Assembly: GCF_009914755.1 (NCBI RefSeq)
Contig: NC_060926.1
Strand: one strand, 5' to 3'
DNA: 64,000 bases
Origin: the human T2T-CHM13v2.0 reference genome, Homo sapiens
Part shown: positions 41,915 through 55,850 of the stretch, one piece after another
How positions within the stretch are numbered: the stretch's first letter is position 1
Layout: every line of letters starts with the position of its first letter
Translations under genes and position numbers: made by a program
The notes under the pieces: generated by a model
The model's database searches: none
What the model was told of the DNA's origin: nothing
What the model saw: the letters and a program-made list of their open reading frames with translations, nothing else

Positions 41915-42215
41915 ACAGTCAGCCAATACATATTGAGAACTTGCTAGGTGTGAGGTGCTGTGTAAGGGGTAGGAATACAGTGAACAAGAGAGCATGGTCA
42001 GCCCTCACCCATAAGAATGTACAGTCTAGTGAGGCAGATGTATATGAAACTAATCTGTACATGTGTATACTTACACATACACACATGTTCGTATAACATG
42101 ATTTACAAAAAGGGTTAGGATGCAAGAGTCAGAGTGAGGGATCTGTCCCTGGATGGGGACAATAAGGGGTCAGTTCAGGGGGACTTCCTTGAGCTCTGAA
42201 GTTTCACCTGAGAAT
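41915..42215 (-). mobile_element. L2 fragment
   Basis: tattgagaacttgctaggtgtgaggtgctgtg...aatacagtgaacaagagagcatggtcagccctc. Confidence 0.65.
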
Positions 42216-42574
42216 GGGAGATTCAGAACTTGGTGACAGAGTTTGTGGAGCTCACTGTGTCTTTGCTGATCCTTCAGCAAAGGAAGTGAGATTGTTTCTA
42301 GCTTTTCTGTTTGGGGTGCTTCTCTGTCAACTAAAAGTCTTCATCCTTCAAATATTGCATCATTTGTGTATACTTCATTCATTCACTTACTCATGACCCA
42401 CTCCTCGAGTGCCTGCAATGGGCAAGCGTCTGTCCTAGGAGCCGTGTGCTGGGCCACAGTTAAATCTGAGAGATCATGTGTGGCATTTCTCATGGATTGA
42501 GATGTCTGAGTGTCATTGTTTTGAGAGAGCTAGTGGCATGGTTTATAAAGCTGTTTTTCATTTTCTCCATACAG

Positions 42575-42679
42575 GACAACAGCTTTGAGCAGTTCATTAT
42601 TAATTATTGTAACGAAAAGCTGCAACAAATCTTCATTGAACTTACTCTTAAAGAAGAGCAGGAGGAGTATATACGGGAG
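42575..42679 (+). CDS. MYO1B: MYO1B exon 14: [35 protein letters not shown], relay helix
   Basis: ttctccatacag| and |gtaatg; 105 nt; NSFEQF.INY.NEKLQQ motif. Confidence 0.97.
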
Positions 42680-42744
42680 GTAATGTTGAAATGCTATTTT
42701 TAAAAGTGTTGGTCCTTTTTTACTCGTAATATAAATTCTAATTC

Positions 42745-43020
42745 AGAAGATAGCCTAAACAAGAAGCCATATTCAAAAGGCTACATACTGTATGATTCCA
42801 TCTGTCATTCTAGAAGAGGCAAAGCTATAGAGACTGATTACCTATAAGAAGCTATAGAGTCAGGGATTGCCAGGAGATAGGAGTTGTGAGAGGGTTGTGG
42901 CTGCAAAGAGAATTTTGGGGACTGATAATGGTGGTGGTTGCTTGACATTATACATTTGCCAAAACTTAGAGAACTGTATACCAAAAAAGTCAGCATCACT
43001 GTAAGTAGATTTGAAAATAT
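42745..43020 (+). mobile_element. L1M 3' UTR fragment
   Basis: aaaaggctacatactgtatgattccat...gaggcaaagctatagagac...cattatacatttgccaaaact. Confidence 0.75.
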
Positions 43021-44392
43021 TTTGAGACTTTGTTCAATATCAAAAAGTATTGAGTATTCAAATTTATAGTAAAAATAGGTAACAGTTATTGAGTCCTTAC
43101 TACATAGCAGGTATTATATTAAGTGCTATGTATAGATTATCTCATTTAATATAATCTTAAAATAACCAGAAGTAGTGTTTGCAGAGTCTTTTCATCATTA
43201 ATTTAAAAATATATATTTGCTTTTCACCCTTTTATTTTTTAAAATAGCCAGTCTTTTTTCAAGTGTAAAATTAGTTATTTCAAAAAATAAAAAGGAATTG
43301 TTATGTTTATATTTTTATTTCCTTTTTTGTTTATTTGCCTTAATATTTTAGTAATGATATTACCTGTTTTCCTTTATTTTCTTAGTATCATTTTAAGCCA
43401 TTAAGGACACTGAATTCTCTTTTATCTTTCTTTCCATATAGATTTTTCTAATGTGATTGTTATCCCCAGTGGCTTAGTAAAACAACCCATTTACTCAAAA
43501 GCTAAATCATAAATATTTCATCTTTATTTTAGAGTACTCATTATGCTTCAGAAATGTTTTATACTTGTCTGGCACCTTTTAGTAACATAAATATTCTAAA
43601 AGCACGATTCATTCTTTTCCTGTCTTCTCATCATGAAGAGAATGCCCAAACTTTGATGGGTAACTTAAAACAGTTTATACAGATTGTTTAAAACACTTCT
43701 AAGAATATATAGGAAGATTCCTAGCTTGCTGTAATGAATAGAAGACAAATAAATGTTTACATTTATGGACAGAATGTTAAGTAGACACAGAAAGATTACA
43801 TTTGGCTTTATGGATTTGGCTTTGTAGCCAGTGTTAGAACCAGTGGATAGATTTTCATGTCTTTCCTTACGTTGAAAATACTTTGTGGTAGCGCTGGCCT
43901 GTTTTTTTTAACACTTGAAAGAGTTAACTTCCCTACAACACAAGATTGACTCTAAAATTAATTTTTTTCCTTATGATTACAGATTCAGAACAGAAGAATC
44001 TAGGCTTTAAATTCTTGGGATCAAGTTCTAACTTATTTCCTTATAAACATTGTAAATATACACAACGTAATATTGACCCAAGGGCCTGTTGAGTAAATAT
44101 TTGGCCCAGGGCCAGTGAAGTGCATGGGAAATTGCTGCAGATGGGAGAGTGGAATGGAAGGCAGTCTCAGAACAGGTCAAGGGTGTTTGCTTCAGTCAGA
44201 TTATGTCAGTGGTAGGCAGCTGTATTGAGAAAGTTTTGGGAACTGCCTGTGACATTTGCAGTACCCATTCTATAAAGAAAATAAATTCAGAGAGGAAGGG
44301 AAATATGATAAGATGGTCAAAGTCTGTTTTATGGATGGTAGTGTCGTGGCTTCATCTTGTGTCATTGGATTTTGTTCTGTTTTGTCTTTTAG

Positions 44393-44455
44393 GATATAGA
44401 ATGGACTCACATTGACTACTTCAATAATGCTATCATTTGTGACCTAATAGAAAAT
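44393..44455 (+). CDS. MYO1B: MYO1B exon 15: DIEWTHIDYFNNAIICDLIEN
   Basis: tgtcttttag| and |gtgagt; 63 nt, phase 0-0. Confidence 0.96.
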
Positions 44456-44554
44456 GTGAGTACTTAGGTACAGTTTTCTAAAGAATGTTTTAGTCCTATA
44501 ATTCACCCTTATAAATGTTCTCAGTGCCTCAATGTTAAGCATTAGTATTTTCAC

Positions 44555-44559
<5 letters not shown>

Positions 44560-44593
<34 letters not shown>

Positions 44594-44623
44594 TATGTGT
44601 ATATATATATATATATATATACA

Positions 44624-44664
<41 letters not shown>
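44560..44664. repeat. Compound (TA)n/(CA)n microsatellite
   Basis: Alternating TA runs followed by about 15 CA units, about 105 nt after the exon 15 donor. Confidence 0.95.
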
Positions 44665-46986
44665 GTTAAGGAACTGCAGAGTTCTAGAGATTTTATTGTA
44701 GCCCTAAGAGATCATACACAGTTCTTGAACACATACATAGACAGCTGGATGTTTTGATACTTAGCCAGGATCCCCAGTGGCCATATCACAACACCCTTTT
44801 ATGACCTTCAGACACCAGGCCTTAAAGGTACCAGCCTTTCTTGTATGGTTGGAGCCCAGGTCTATTCCATGACTCCTGGGCATGTGAGTACTGATCAGAG
44901 TAGGCTCTGAGCAGCCATCCAGTTTTTTGCCAAATCAAAATATCCATTTCATTCCCAAAACTCTAATGACCTCTTAACATACTATTCACCGGGTATTATA
45001 TTAAGTTTAAGTGACATAAAGGGACAACCTCTGGAGCTGAATTAAGTGGGACCCCAGAAGTGGCTTAAGTGCAGCTGTAGCATTGATTCAGATCATACAT
45101 GCAGAGGGCATTGCATGTGTGACTGCAGGTGGCCAGGGACCTGGAATTTTTCGGATGACCCAAGTATGTGCATATGCAAAAAGGCTTAAAGTGTGAAAAA
45201 TTATTGGATAATTTTGAGTAAGCTTTCTGAGTCCAAGATTTTTGTTTTTAGATCATATTCCGTAGTTTATTGTAAATGAATTAAATGTAGGAAGACTGAT
45301 TTTGTGTGTGGAAAACAGGAAACTAATTTATGCTTAGGATTACTAATACCTGACTTTGAATAAGTAATTTGAAACAGTGTATAAGCTTTATTATCCTGCA
45401 GTCTTTTTAGCAAGACCAGTTTAGTGAGATGAGTGCTGTGTTTCAGGAATACAGTCACATGCTCTGAATGAATATTAAATCATTTTCTACTCATCTTTTA
45501 CAAAGCTTTTTGGGAAATATGTAATTAGCCAGTATTTTTTTTCCTCAGTATTCAAGATATTCCTAAAAGTTGTTTCTCTGATTAAATTAAACAATATTCT
45601 AAGGCATCACTATTTTTCAATAAGAAATAAACTGTGTTTCAAAAAATGTGAACAATATTGAATGGGAACACTAATATTCCACATAAGCAATTCAGATCTC
45701 TGATTTTGGCTCTGAAAAGTGAATTTCCTGAAAATTTTCCTGGTACATTTTGTGAAGGAGGTAATTTGCTATGGGAATCTTAATTTTCAGAATTTCTGAT
45801 TAGTATGTTTTCTTTGATAAATATAACCTTGCATTTAATTATTCTCTTTTAAGAAGAGGAGAAAAAGAACAGTGGTAATACACTTAATTTAACTAGATTA
45901 TCTCAGCCAAAAATCCCCTTGCTATATGATTGAAGAAGCTCATGTTCACATAGGAACCTGGGTATATAAAGGAAATGTTTCCTTCCAGCATCATTAAACA
46001 ATAATGTTTGTTCTGGGGATGTTATGAACACACTTGATTCCTGAGAGTCCACGCTTCCCCAGGGTTTTGTGTGGAATGAATAAATGCTGGTCAGAGGATG
46101 TCGTGGCCTTGTTAGCAGAAGGGGAGAGGAACAGAGGACTTTGCCTGGGTGGAAGTAGGTGGGGTTGATGGTCAGTGGAGTGGATTGTTTTTGGAATTAA
46201 GACTTATGACCCCATAGGGGCAGTCCATGGAGTAGCAGTCTTTATTTAGCAAAGTAGAAGCTTCCTGACTTCTGATTCAGTTTAGGGCTGACTACTCTTG
46301 GAATAAAAATGACCACAGGGTCTAGATATGCAACAAATAAATTTTCACTTATGTTTAACATCCATTTAGAAATTCCACATGAATTTCTAAAATCTAAATC
46401 TATATGAAACAGATATTCTTGAAATCAGTTTGATTGCAGTGATTGTTAAAAGCAGCATCTCAAATCACAGCATTTTTTTCTAGGAAATAAACTTTATTTT
46501 GAACACATGAACAATTTGGAAACATAGAAAACGAGTTTCCTTCTTAGGAGTGAATCAAATAATGGCCTTAGAAGACTGCTTTGTGATTTGAGACATGTTA
46601 TAGAGGCTGTATTGTCACATTCATTTCTTCTTTTATTTCTTTTTGAATCTTTGAGGTCCAACTTGTCTTTTTCTAAGAGTATAAATTTCAGTCATCATCA
46701 GGCTAAGGTGTCTGAGGCTACTCCCAGGTACTGTTGTTCTGTGCGAGGAGAGAGGAACCAAGAAGACACACTCTTCCCAACCACACCACCATACACACAC
46801 CTGGGATCCTTCAGGAAAGAGCTGATTCCTGTGGCTTTTGTTATTGTTTTGAGTCTCTGCTTTTTGTTATAACTGAACAGACTTTTCTTGTGACTAAGTT
46901 GATTGTGTTTGATGGTGTAGTTAGGAATAATTATTAAAACAATACAGTGAGGAAGGAAGGAAACTTTTTTATTTCCGTTTTCCCAG

Positions 46987-47187
46987 AACACAAATGGAAT
47001 CCTGGCCATGCTGGATGAAGAGTGCCTCAGACCTGGCACAGTCACTGATGAGACCTTCTTAGAAAAGCTGAACCAAGTATGTGCCACCCACCAGCATTTT
47101 GAAAGCAGGATGAGCAAGTGCTCTCGGTTCCTCAATGACACGTCTCTGCCTCACAGCTGCTTCAGGATCCAGCATTATGCTGGAAAG
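46987..47187 (+). CDS. MYO1B: MYO1B exon 16: NTNGILAMLDEECLRPG...CFRIQHYAGK
   Basis: gttttcccag| and |gtatgg; 201 nt; LDEEC and HYAGK motifs. Confidence 0.97.
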
Positions 47188-48329
47188 GTATGGGGGAGCT
47201 GTGAGCACCCAGTCAGGCCTGCCAAGTTACCCCTGCAAGGAGGCTGTACCTCAGAGATGGGCGTTCGAAACCCCATTAACTTGTGAGGACAAATTGAGCT
47301 GCTAAAGTGGTTGAATCGATAAATGTTCAATAGAAATAGAATCTGGACCATGTTGACTAAAATCTTATTAATACAGAAAATCAAAAGCAAAGCTAATGGA
47401 CTTAATGAAGAGTCTAAATATATTTTTGAATCATCTTTATTATTTTCAAACTCTAAGCTATCCTATAAAAAATATCTATTAACACTATTGAAGGAGATTT
47501 GCCAGTACAAATTAAGAGTCAATAAAGACTTAAGGCTTTAAAAACACAAGCCATTTAGCAAAAATAATGAATTATTTGAGATTTTGAAATGACATTAGGG
47601 AAAATATTTACTTTTTTAAAAAAGCACTTATTTATTTGGTTAATATTTGGGGGAATTAATTTTATGTCTAATATATAAAGACAATGCTAAAAACAATCTT
47701 AATTGATTAATCTTTAGAATCCTGAAAGAATATTGATTAGAGCTAATACTTCCTTTTTCATAAAATTGCAAACTTCAAAGGGAAAAAAACTTCTTGATTA
47801 TACATTTGTAAAAAGTATATAGTACCTGAATTACCTTTAATTTCAAAATGTTAGAACTTGGTACTTTATTTTTTTTATTAGCGTATATTATTAAAAGATA
47901 ATTTCTGATCAGCTTTTCTGCTGCTCAGGATATTTATGAAAGTGTTAGTATTGTTTCTATTTTGCCCCATCTACTTTTAAACAGACTAGAATTGGTATAT
48001 GAGAACTAAAAAATAAAAGTAAAACCCCAGAATATGTTCAGACTCCTAAAAAATGCAAAATCCTTTGAAAATGTTATGATAACATTTTTGGAGTTTATTC
48101 TTGCAAATCCTGAATGGTAATAGAATTTATTTTGATCTTGTCTGTGATTTAGACAGATGGAATTTAAACTTGGAGGCGAACTCATTATGAGAGTGTGACT
48201 AACATGTCAGGGATTTTTTGATGGTGAAGGAAGTGGCTGCAATGTAGATAGTCTTGGAGTATTTTTAATAGTTGTTTGACATTATAGCATGCAATGTGCC
48301 TGTCATTGAGTTACATGTGCTGCTTATAG

Positions 48330-48556
48330 GTGCTGTACCAGGTGGAAGGATTCGTTGACAAAAACAATGACCTTCTCTATCGAGACCTGTCCCAAGCCAT
48401 GTGGAAGGCCAGCCATGCCCTCATCAAGTCTTTGTTCCCCGAAGGGAATCCCGCCAAGATCAACCTGAAAAGGCCTCCTACAGCAGGCTCACAGTTCAAG
48501 GCATCCGTGGCCACTCTGATGAAAAACCTACAGACCAAGAACCCAAACTATATTAG
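48330..48556 (+). CDS. MYO1B: MYO1B exon 17: VLYQVEGFVDKNNDLLY...KRPPTAGSQFKASVATLMKNLQTKNPNYI(R)
   Basis: gcttatag| and AG|gtattt; 227 nt; KRPPTAG..FK motif of class I myosins. Confidence 0.97.
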
Positions 48557-49107
48557 GTATTTTTGGCACATGAAACTTTCACAGTTCAAATGTGAGAGCA
48601 CCCCGAAGGAATATCATTTTTCCCTTTGCTTCAATCTGAGTGTAGCCCAAGCAGAGGGTAACTAAAATACTTACAGATTAAATAATACCTTATCTGGGAT
48701 TGGCTTAAAAAATGCTCCACTATCCTTTCCCCTAAAATAAGAAAGTAAAAAAGTAAAGTGTGGTGGAGAAGATAGTAGATATTTAATGAAGCTCAGTGGT
48801 TGAGACCTAGGGGTTTTCAACTTTCTGTATGTTTATTATTATTTTTTTAATGGCAAGTTAAAAAACAAAATGCAAGTGTTTTTTCTGGTCAGTGTTTTGC
48901 AGAAAACTCTTGTTGGCTTCATTTGGGATTCTTGTTCTATTAGCTTAGAGCACAGCATTGAAGCAAGTGCTTTAGTTAACTGCTCTGGCACTTCTTAGGA
49001 GACATGCACTTTTTTCTTCCCTGTGAGAGGTGTAGGCCTGGAGAAAGTAATGATTCCTAAAGCAATCTGAATTTTTTTCAAGGCAGTAGAAAGACCTTCT
49101 TAAAAAG

Positions 49108-49398
49108 GGCTGGGCGTGGTGGCTCACACCTATAATCCCAACACTTAGGGAGGCGGAGGCAGGTGGATCACCTCAGGTCAGGAATTCGAGACTAGCCTGG
49201 CCAACATGGCAAAACCCTGTCTCTACTAAAAATATAAAAATTAGCTGGGCGTGGTGGCAGGAACCTATAATCCCAACTACTTGGGAGGCTGAGGCAGGAG
49301 AATCGCTTGGAGGCAGAGGTTGCAGTGAGCCGAGGTCACGCCACTGCACTCCAGCCCGGGTGACAATACAAGACTCCATCTCAAAAAAAAAAAAAAAA
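49108..49398 (+). mobile_element. AluSx/Sq-like element with a small deletion
   Basis: ggctgggcgtggtggctcac...; gaatcgcttggaggcagagg lacks aacccgg; A tail. Confidence 0.93.
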
Positions 49399-49819
49399 GG
49401 AAAAAGCCTTCTGGGCCCTTCTCTTTTTCTGCTTCTAGGGCATCTTAGATAGAACTCTCTCTAGATTTAGTAAAGACCAACTAGGATTAGAGTTTGCTAT
49501 GTGTGTATTTGGTGAGCTAGATAGTAGAAGGTATGTGTCTGGTGGGTCAGATTTCATAGAGCACACCCATACCCACAAGTACCTTCTATAGTTGTCTTTG
49601 AAAATGCAGTTATGAGGAAACTAGAGTGAAGAATATTTTTGTGTTTAGTTTGTGTGCCTGATATTTATATTTACAGAAATGTAAGTAGACAAAACCCTCT
49701 GGTTTGATTGCAGTCAGATTAGAACATATGTTGGAGAGGATCCTAGTTTAAAAAAAAACCCAAGAAACTTTCTGTGATGAGTTGCTTTTGTTATTCTCAA
49801 TTGAATGAATTTTTTTTTT

Positions 49820-50270
49820 GCATCTTAACTCTATTTTATTGAGGTATCATTTATGTGAAGTGATATGCACAGATCTGAAGTGAACAGTTCAATTTTTTTT
49901 TAACCATTATATATACTTTAGTAACCACCACCCAGGTTAAGACGTAAAACATTTCCATTACCTCAGAAAGCTTCTTCGTTCCCCTCCTTTTTTTATTTTT
50001 ACAGCTTTTCTAAGAAATCTTAATTAATAAACCCCAAGGTTGTGAATATATTATCGTATATTTTCTTCTAGAAGCTTTATAGTTTCAGATTTCATATTTA
50101 GGTCTGTTTCCCCCCCATGTAGATATCCTGTTGCACTAATACCATATTGAAAACAGTCTTCTTTTCCCATTGATTTGCTTTGTGGCCTTTATTGATAATC
50201 TGTTGAATGTATATGTAGGGATCTGAACTTACTAGGCCATTCCATTTATCTATTTGTCCATCTTTATTTA
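49820..50270 (-). mobile_element. Old L1M fragments
   Basis: ttttattgaggtatcattta...gtaaccaccacccagg...ttttcttctagaagctttatagtttcag. Confidence 0.7.
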
Positions 50271-50414
50271 AGCCAAAGAGTAGACATTATTTTTATAAAT
50301 GGTAAAAGAGAAAGCATAGTAACACTGATGCCAAACTAGCTAAGATGTAGTTGTCCACGTAAGTGTGTAATTTCACAGTTGTAGTTAGGCAGCCATAATC
50401 ATGAATGTTTAAGT

Positions 50415-50800
50415 ATTAGTTAGGACACAGGGATTGCTGCAGTATGATCCAAAGCTAGCAATGATTTAAGCAAGATTGATGTTTATTTCTTAAGTAACTT
50501 CTAAGTATGAGGACTCCAGAGCTGACAGGGCAGCTCCTTCTGTTTTGTGGCTCTGCCGTTTCCTGGGCGTGTTCCTCGTCTGCATGGAGGAAGATGGCTG
50601 TCCACCGTGTCAACATTTGCAGCCAGCAGTAAGCTGGAGGAGACGAAGGGGAGTGCCTGTCCCTTCTTTTAAGAACACTGACTAGAGGCTGCAGACATTA
50701 CTTCCCCTCTGATCCTAGTGGCCAGAAGTTGCTCACCTGGCCACATCTACTTGCAAAGGAGGTTGGGAAATAAAGTTTTTCCCTGGGCAGCAAAGTGCCC
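50415..50800 (-). mobile_element. MaLR LTR fragment (MLT1J/K-like)
   Basis: cattacttcccctctgatcctagtggccagaag...ggccacatctacttgcaaaggaggttgggaaat. Confidence 0.6.
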
Positions 50801-50839
50801 TGTTAAGAAAGGAGAACAGATATAGGGAGGAAACAGTGT

Positions 50840-51230
50840 TTTTTATCTTTTTATTGAGGTATAATACACATACATTAAAGTGCATGGATCTTAACTGTAC
50901 AGCTTCTTGAAGTTTTACAGATGTATGTACTTGTGTTACCCCATCCAGACCAAGTGGTAAAACATTCCCGTCAGTCCAGAAGATTCCCTTGTGTCCCTTG
51001 CATGTTGATCCCCCACTACTACCTCTCCCCAGAGGTAACAGCAATACTGATTTTTAACCATGGGTTAGTTTTGCTTGAACTTGATATAAATGGAATCATA
51101 ACTACAGCATGTACTCTTGTGTTGGGCTTCTTTTCACTCAATGAAATGTCAGTGATACTTATCCACATTATTGCATTTATTAGTGTGTTCTTTTTAAAAT
51201 TACTGTGCCTGCAGTATTGTATTTATTTTT
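50840..51230 (-). mobile_element. L1M 3' UTR fragment
   Basis: ttttattgaggtataatacacatacattaaagtgca...ttgaacttgatataaatggaatcata. Confidence 0.78.
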
Positions 51231-51397
51231 AGGTGGTTATAAAATGATTTGAAATAATTTCAAAAGTAATGACTAGGTTTCTTAAGAATAACATAATTGT
51301 TTTGCTATGAAACAGTTATATATAATACTTTGTGAAAACATAGACAATTATATCCATAGGAGGCAGTTTATAACCTAAAATCTTTGTGATCTTTAAG

Positions 51398-51598
51398 GTG
51401 TATCAAACCGAATGATAAAAAAGCAGCACACATCTTCAACGAGGCTCTAGTGTGTCATCAGATCAGGTACCTGGGGCTTTTGGAGAACGTCCGAGTGCGG
51501 AGGGCAGGCTACGCCTTCAGGCAGGCCTATGAACCTTGCCTAGAAAGATACAAAATGCTTTGTAAACAAACATGGCCTCATTGGAAAGGACCAGCCAG
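51398..51598 (+). CDS. MYO1B: MYO1B exon 18: (R)[42 protein letters not shown]...TWPHWKGPA(R)
   Basis: gatctttaag| and AG|gtaaga; 201 nt; RCIKPN and [14 protein letters not shown] motifs. Confidence 0.97.
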
Positions 51599-53213
51599 GT
51601 AAGAAATTCAGTGACCATATTTAATAATGAATGTTTTAAGTGGTCAAATAATACGGTGTTTTTTCACATGCTGTTAGATAAAACAGAATTTTATGAAAAA
51701 CTGGATGTAACCTCTGTTTTGGACCTTCTTCCATTAGGATACCATTTTGTGCTAAGGTCAAAATAAGACTTACCAAATCCACATTTGGGACTTGTATGGC
51801 AATAATATTAATTTTTAGAATATGCCCAAGGTAGGTTCGTAGGAGGTGGTTTGTAATTTGATACACTTATATTTGTGTAGAATCATAGAAGGGTAGAATT
51901 AGAGACAGGTTGGATTACCACTTGTCACTTTTCCCATGAAGAATTTGGCTGCAGAGAGAATCAGTGGATGGGTGAAGGTCCCTCTCTTTGCCTATATCTA
52001 TACCAGTTAATCAATAGACGATACGAGCAGGTAGGATTCACAGTGTCAGCATTACTGCTAGGAGAGCTGGATTAGAGAACGTAGCTTGGACCCAGGGCCA
52101 TACAGCTTTCAGCTGGTCTGTCCTGAATTGCATTTACTCATCCAGTCCCAGACAGAGTGCTGGACACCGCAGGCCCAGTGGTGCATCCCCATGTCCTGTA
52201 AGCTCTCCACAGGCAGAGAGAACTGTGTACTGACGGGCGGCTGTTGCAGGAGAGAAATCAAGCCTTATTCCTTCTGCCCTCACCAGAGAGGCTGCTCCTC
52301 TGCAGGCTGAAGAAGGCTTGCCCCTGAATACTGCTGGAGGGCTGACATGCCTGTTTCATGGGCCTAGGCAGGAAATGGGCGATTTTCATTTAACTGTACT
52401 GGTATTGCCTACACATTATTCTCACTGCACCTGGCCTTTCACAGGAACATCAACACACCTAGGACACTTACCTTGTATTATAAGAAGATCTAGAAACTCC
52501 AGATGTATGGTGCGGTCTCTGATGCCTAATTTAGTACCCTAATTTAATGTAGGATTTGGGTACTGTTTCAGTTCCCATTGCTAATTTCCGGGGTATTATG
52601 GTAAACAGGTACCATAATACAGAATGTGTATTCACTCCCTGCCTGGCATCTAGTCTGCAGGTGGGTGGAGTGAGGTTTAGTTCTAAAGACTGATGTTGAA
52701 ACCGGGGTCCAGGATGGAGAGGTCAGGGCCAAGTCCAGTTCTTGCTCCCGCTGGGTAAGGCCCACGTTCCTTAGCGTCCCGTTGGTCTGGGACTGTTTCT
52801 TGGTCTCTGCTTTTATTCTCAGGGGCAGAAACAATGTTTAAAATATTTTCAGGAATTAACTGAGTGAGTTTAAAATAGATCTGAATTTCTTGCACACCCT
52901 CCTGGCCCAGGTTGGTACATCATTATAGGTATTTTTGATACAAGTATTGCCTCTACTAATGAAATCAAGAAATTGGCTTTAATACCACATTTTCTTAGAA
53001 TACATAGTTATGAACCCAAATTTACTTTTTCAGTGTTTACTGGATTAAGTTTAATTTGTGGAAAATTCTTTGATAAATGGATGATTGCTGAAAGAGCAAT
53101 TACACTTGGAAATGAAGCTATGTTTTATACCACTGAGAACCTGATACCATGATAGAAGATAAAACTATTTTTGTAACTCAGAAAACTCACTGTTTTTATT
53201 TTTATTTTTTTAG

Positions 53214-53307
53214 GTCTGGTGTGGAGGTCCTATTTAATGAATTAGAAATTCCCGTGGAAGAATACTCCTTTGGTAGATCAAAGATATTCATCCGAAACCC
53301 AAGAACA
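53214..53307 (+). CDS. MYO1B: MYO1B exon 19: (R)SGVEVLFNELEIPVEEYSFGRSKIFIRNPRT, converter
   Basis: Poly-T tract then tag|; |gtatgt; 94 nt; G.SKIFIR.P motif. Confidence 0.97.
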
Positions 53308-54178
53308 GTATGTAACGAAAACCTTTACACTCTGAACTTAAGTTGGAATCGTATAGGAAAGTTCTTAAAATATGTTTAACTTTATAACATTATATGAGGG
53401 GCCACCATGAATGCCACAAAACACTTGTGTGTTTATCTACAAATAATCAAGAGGCAGGGACAGATAAGGGTAAGGGGCGGTAGAAGAATGCGTATTTTTT
53501 ATGAACCATCAAAGTCTTTGCTCTGACAGATTGTACAACACTTAAGAAATCACAAAGAAACTGTTAGGACAACGGTGCAACATTCATAGCAACTGCAGGT
53601 AAACAGTCTGTATTTGTAATACCTGAATTATACATTAATTTTAAGAACTACAGCCCCATTATTTAGAGGTACAGGAAAGCACTAAAATGAAAATTTTTTT
53701 TAAGTTAAAAAAAATACTTTTAGCATTCTACCTCATAGAACCCCAAGGAAATTTTTTTGTCAATGAATAGATGAGTGTGAAGTGTAATGAGTATAGCAGG
53801 TGACTGGTAATTTGGAAACGTTAAGATTTTGGAAAGTATTTAATTCATTTAAGAGAATTTTCCAGCATCTACCTTCCATTAGTAATTTGCATCCTCATAG
53901 ACAGTGTGAAGGTAAACTTAAGGTCAATTCAGCCCCTCTCTGATTTGTCATAAATTCTGAATCACTGGAATAAAAATTGTAAGTCTTTCATGAATCCATC
54001 AAAATAATTTTCTCATGGACCATTATCCATATCATATATAATGCATATGGTTTTTCAGTTCTTTTTTTCAATGTAATTGACTCCAACATGATGGCATTTT
54101 GTCTCCTGAAAATTCCTTTCCTGTATGCTGTGAGGTTTCAGAGGATTTTTGATAAGTCCATCTATCATTTCTTATTAG

Positions 54179-54328
54179 TTATTCAAATTAGAAGACCTGA
54201 GGAAGCAACGCCTGGAGGACTTGGCCACTCTCATTCAGAAGATATATCGGGGGTGGAAATGCCGCACACACTTCCTGCTAATGAAAAAAAGCCAAATTGT
54301 GATTGCCGCCTGGTACAGGAGATATGCG
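54179..54328 (+). CDS. MYO1B: MYO1B exon 20: LFKLEDLRKQRLEDLATLIQKIYRGWKCRTHFLLMKKSQIVIAAWYRRYA, IQ1 and most of IQ2
   Basis: ttcttattag| and |gtaaga; 150 nt; IQxxxRGxxxR motif. Confidence 0.97.
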
Positions 54329-54349
54329 GTAAGAGTCTCAGTCATTTTA

Positions 54350-54605
54350 AATCAGTAATAACAATGCTAATTTGCCAACATTTATTATGTACTTACCATG
54401 TATGTGATTTTTACATACTTAATTCTCCCAACAACCTCATGAGATAATGGATGTTCTTAATGGTTCTTTTTTTTAAAGATGAGAAAACTAAGACACAAAG
54501 CTGTTAAGTAATTTGCCCACAGCCACATAGCTATAAGTGGTAGAGCTGGGATTTGAATCCAAGACAGTATTAGAGCTCAAGTTCAGTGTGCCATACCGCC
54601 TTTCA
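54350..54605 (-). mobile_element. MIR SINE just after exon 20
   Basis: gatgagaaaactaagacacaaag...aagtaatttgcccacagccacatagct...gagctgggatttgaatccaag. Confidence 0.82.
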
Positions 54606-55569
54606 CTGATCTAGCTGTATTTGGTTGGAAATACATTTTTAATTTGGTCATCAGATTGGAAGAGACAATATCCTTTAAGCTTTTGATTTGGTTGGGCTAG
54701 TTTTTCAAAGTAATTGGCTATTCTTTGGCTATTCTTTATTGTAGCAGCTTTGAAAGTGGCTTTAATTCCAGAAAGCTAATGCCATGTTTTTGTAGATTTC
54801 TGGTTTTGGTTAAAGGATTGCATTCTCTTTAGTCCTTAGGTATCTGGCTCTATTAACTATAGGGAAAGATTCAATAATAAATAATGTTTACCTAGTTAAT
54901 ATGAAATTTCTTTTTGGCATTTCCTTCCTCATTTGATTGTAGAGATTTTGTTGAAGGCATACCACAGGTATGAGAGAAGCCTGAAGGTTTGCCTCAGGGT
55001 TAATTGAAACTTGGGCTGTGTTCTCACAAAATGAATTAAGTTTGCACTCACATCTCCTTTCTTATATTCTTCCTCTTTTTCAGCCATAAAGAGACTTTGC
55101 TATAGGGCTGTATATAATCAAGACATAATTTACGCTGACCTATTCTCACATAATACATTTTAGTTTATTATTTCCAAGTTTTACAAATTAATGAGGTATT
55201 TAATTGATTAAGCTAAAGAAAATCAGCTTGAGAGTATCTTTACAATGGCTCATGCTAGTTAAGATTATAACCAGCAGTATAAGTCTTAAAATATGAGTCT
55301 GCCCAGCCATGTGAATGATAGAGTCATTCATATGCATTCTGCAGAGGCACTTTGGACTGTTGTCACCCAGCCTGGTGGCCGTGGAGTCTCCTCTGTACAC
55401 ATAGTACCACTCCTTAACTCTGCTGCAGATTCATAATGCTCCGTTTTCTGTTAGCCTGAGAAAGGGAGGACCAACAAGAGGACCAAAAAGTCCTCAAGGA
55501 GCCCTTTTTATAATTTCTTATTTTGAGGTCATTAAGAAAAGTTTACAAGTGTGCTGGATTCATCTGTCT

Positions 55570-55850
55570 TGAATTCTACAAATATTTTTGAAACACATTA
55601 GCAAGGTGGACAAAACAACCTAATTCCTGACTTCCTAAAGTTTATATCTAGTGAAAGACAATACGCATTTAAGCAAACAAATAATCAGAACAATTATAGA
55701 CTGTTGTAAGTGCTAGGAAGGAAATAGAGAACTGCCATAAAGAATAATGGGGAGGCGGGATGTGACCTAAGCTAGAGTGGTCAAGGAGAAACTTCGGGGA
55801 GGGGCCATTTGATCGGAAGGATGAGAAAGAACAGGCAATGCAAAGGAAGC
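55570..55850 (-). mobile_element. L2 fragment
   Basis: caaatatttttgaaacac...aagtttatatctagtg...tgtaagtgctaggaaggaaa...tggtcaaggagaaacttc. Confidence 0.6.

Noticed and set aside
44770-45215. Non-AT-rich block that looks like an ancient repeat or LTR fragment
   Set aside because: I could not assign a family from memory; it needs a Dfam search
46698-47141. 147-aa minus-strand ORF
   Set aside because: Antisense shadow of exon 16 plus intron; no recognisable domain or independent gene structure
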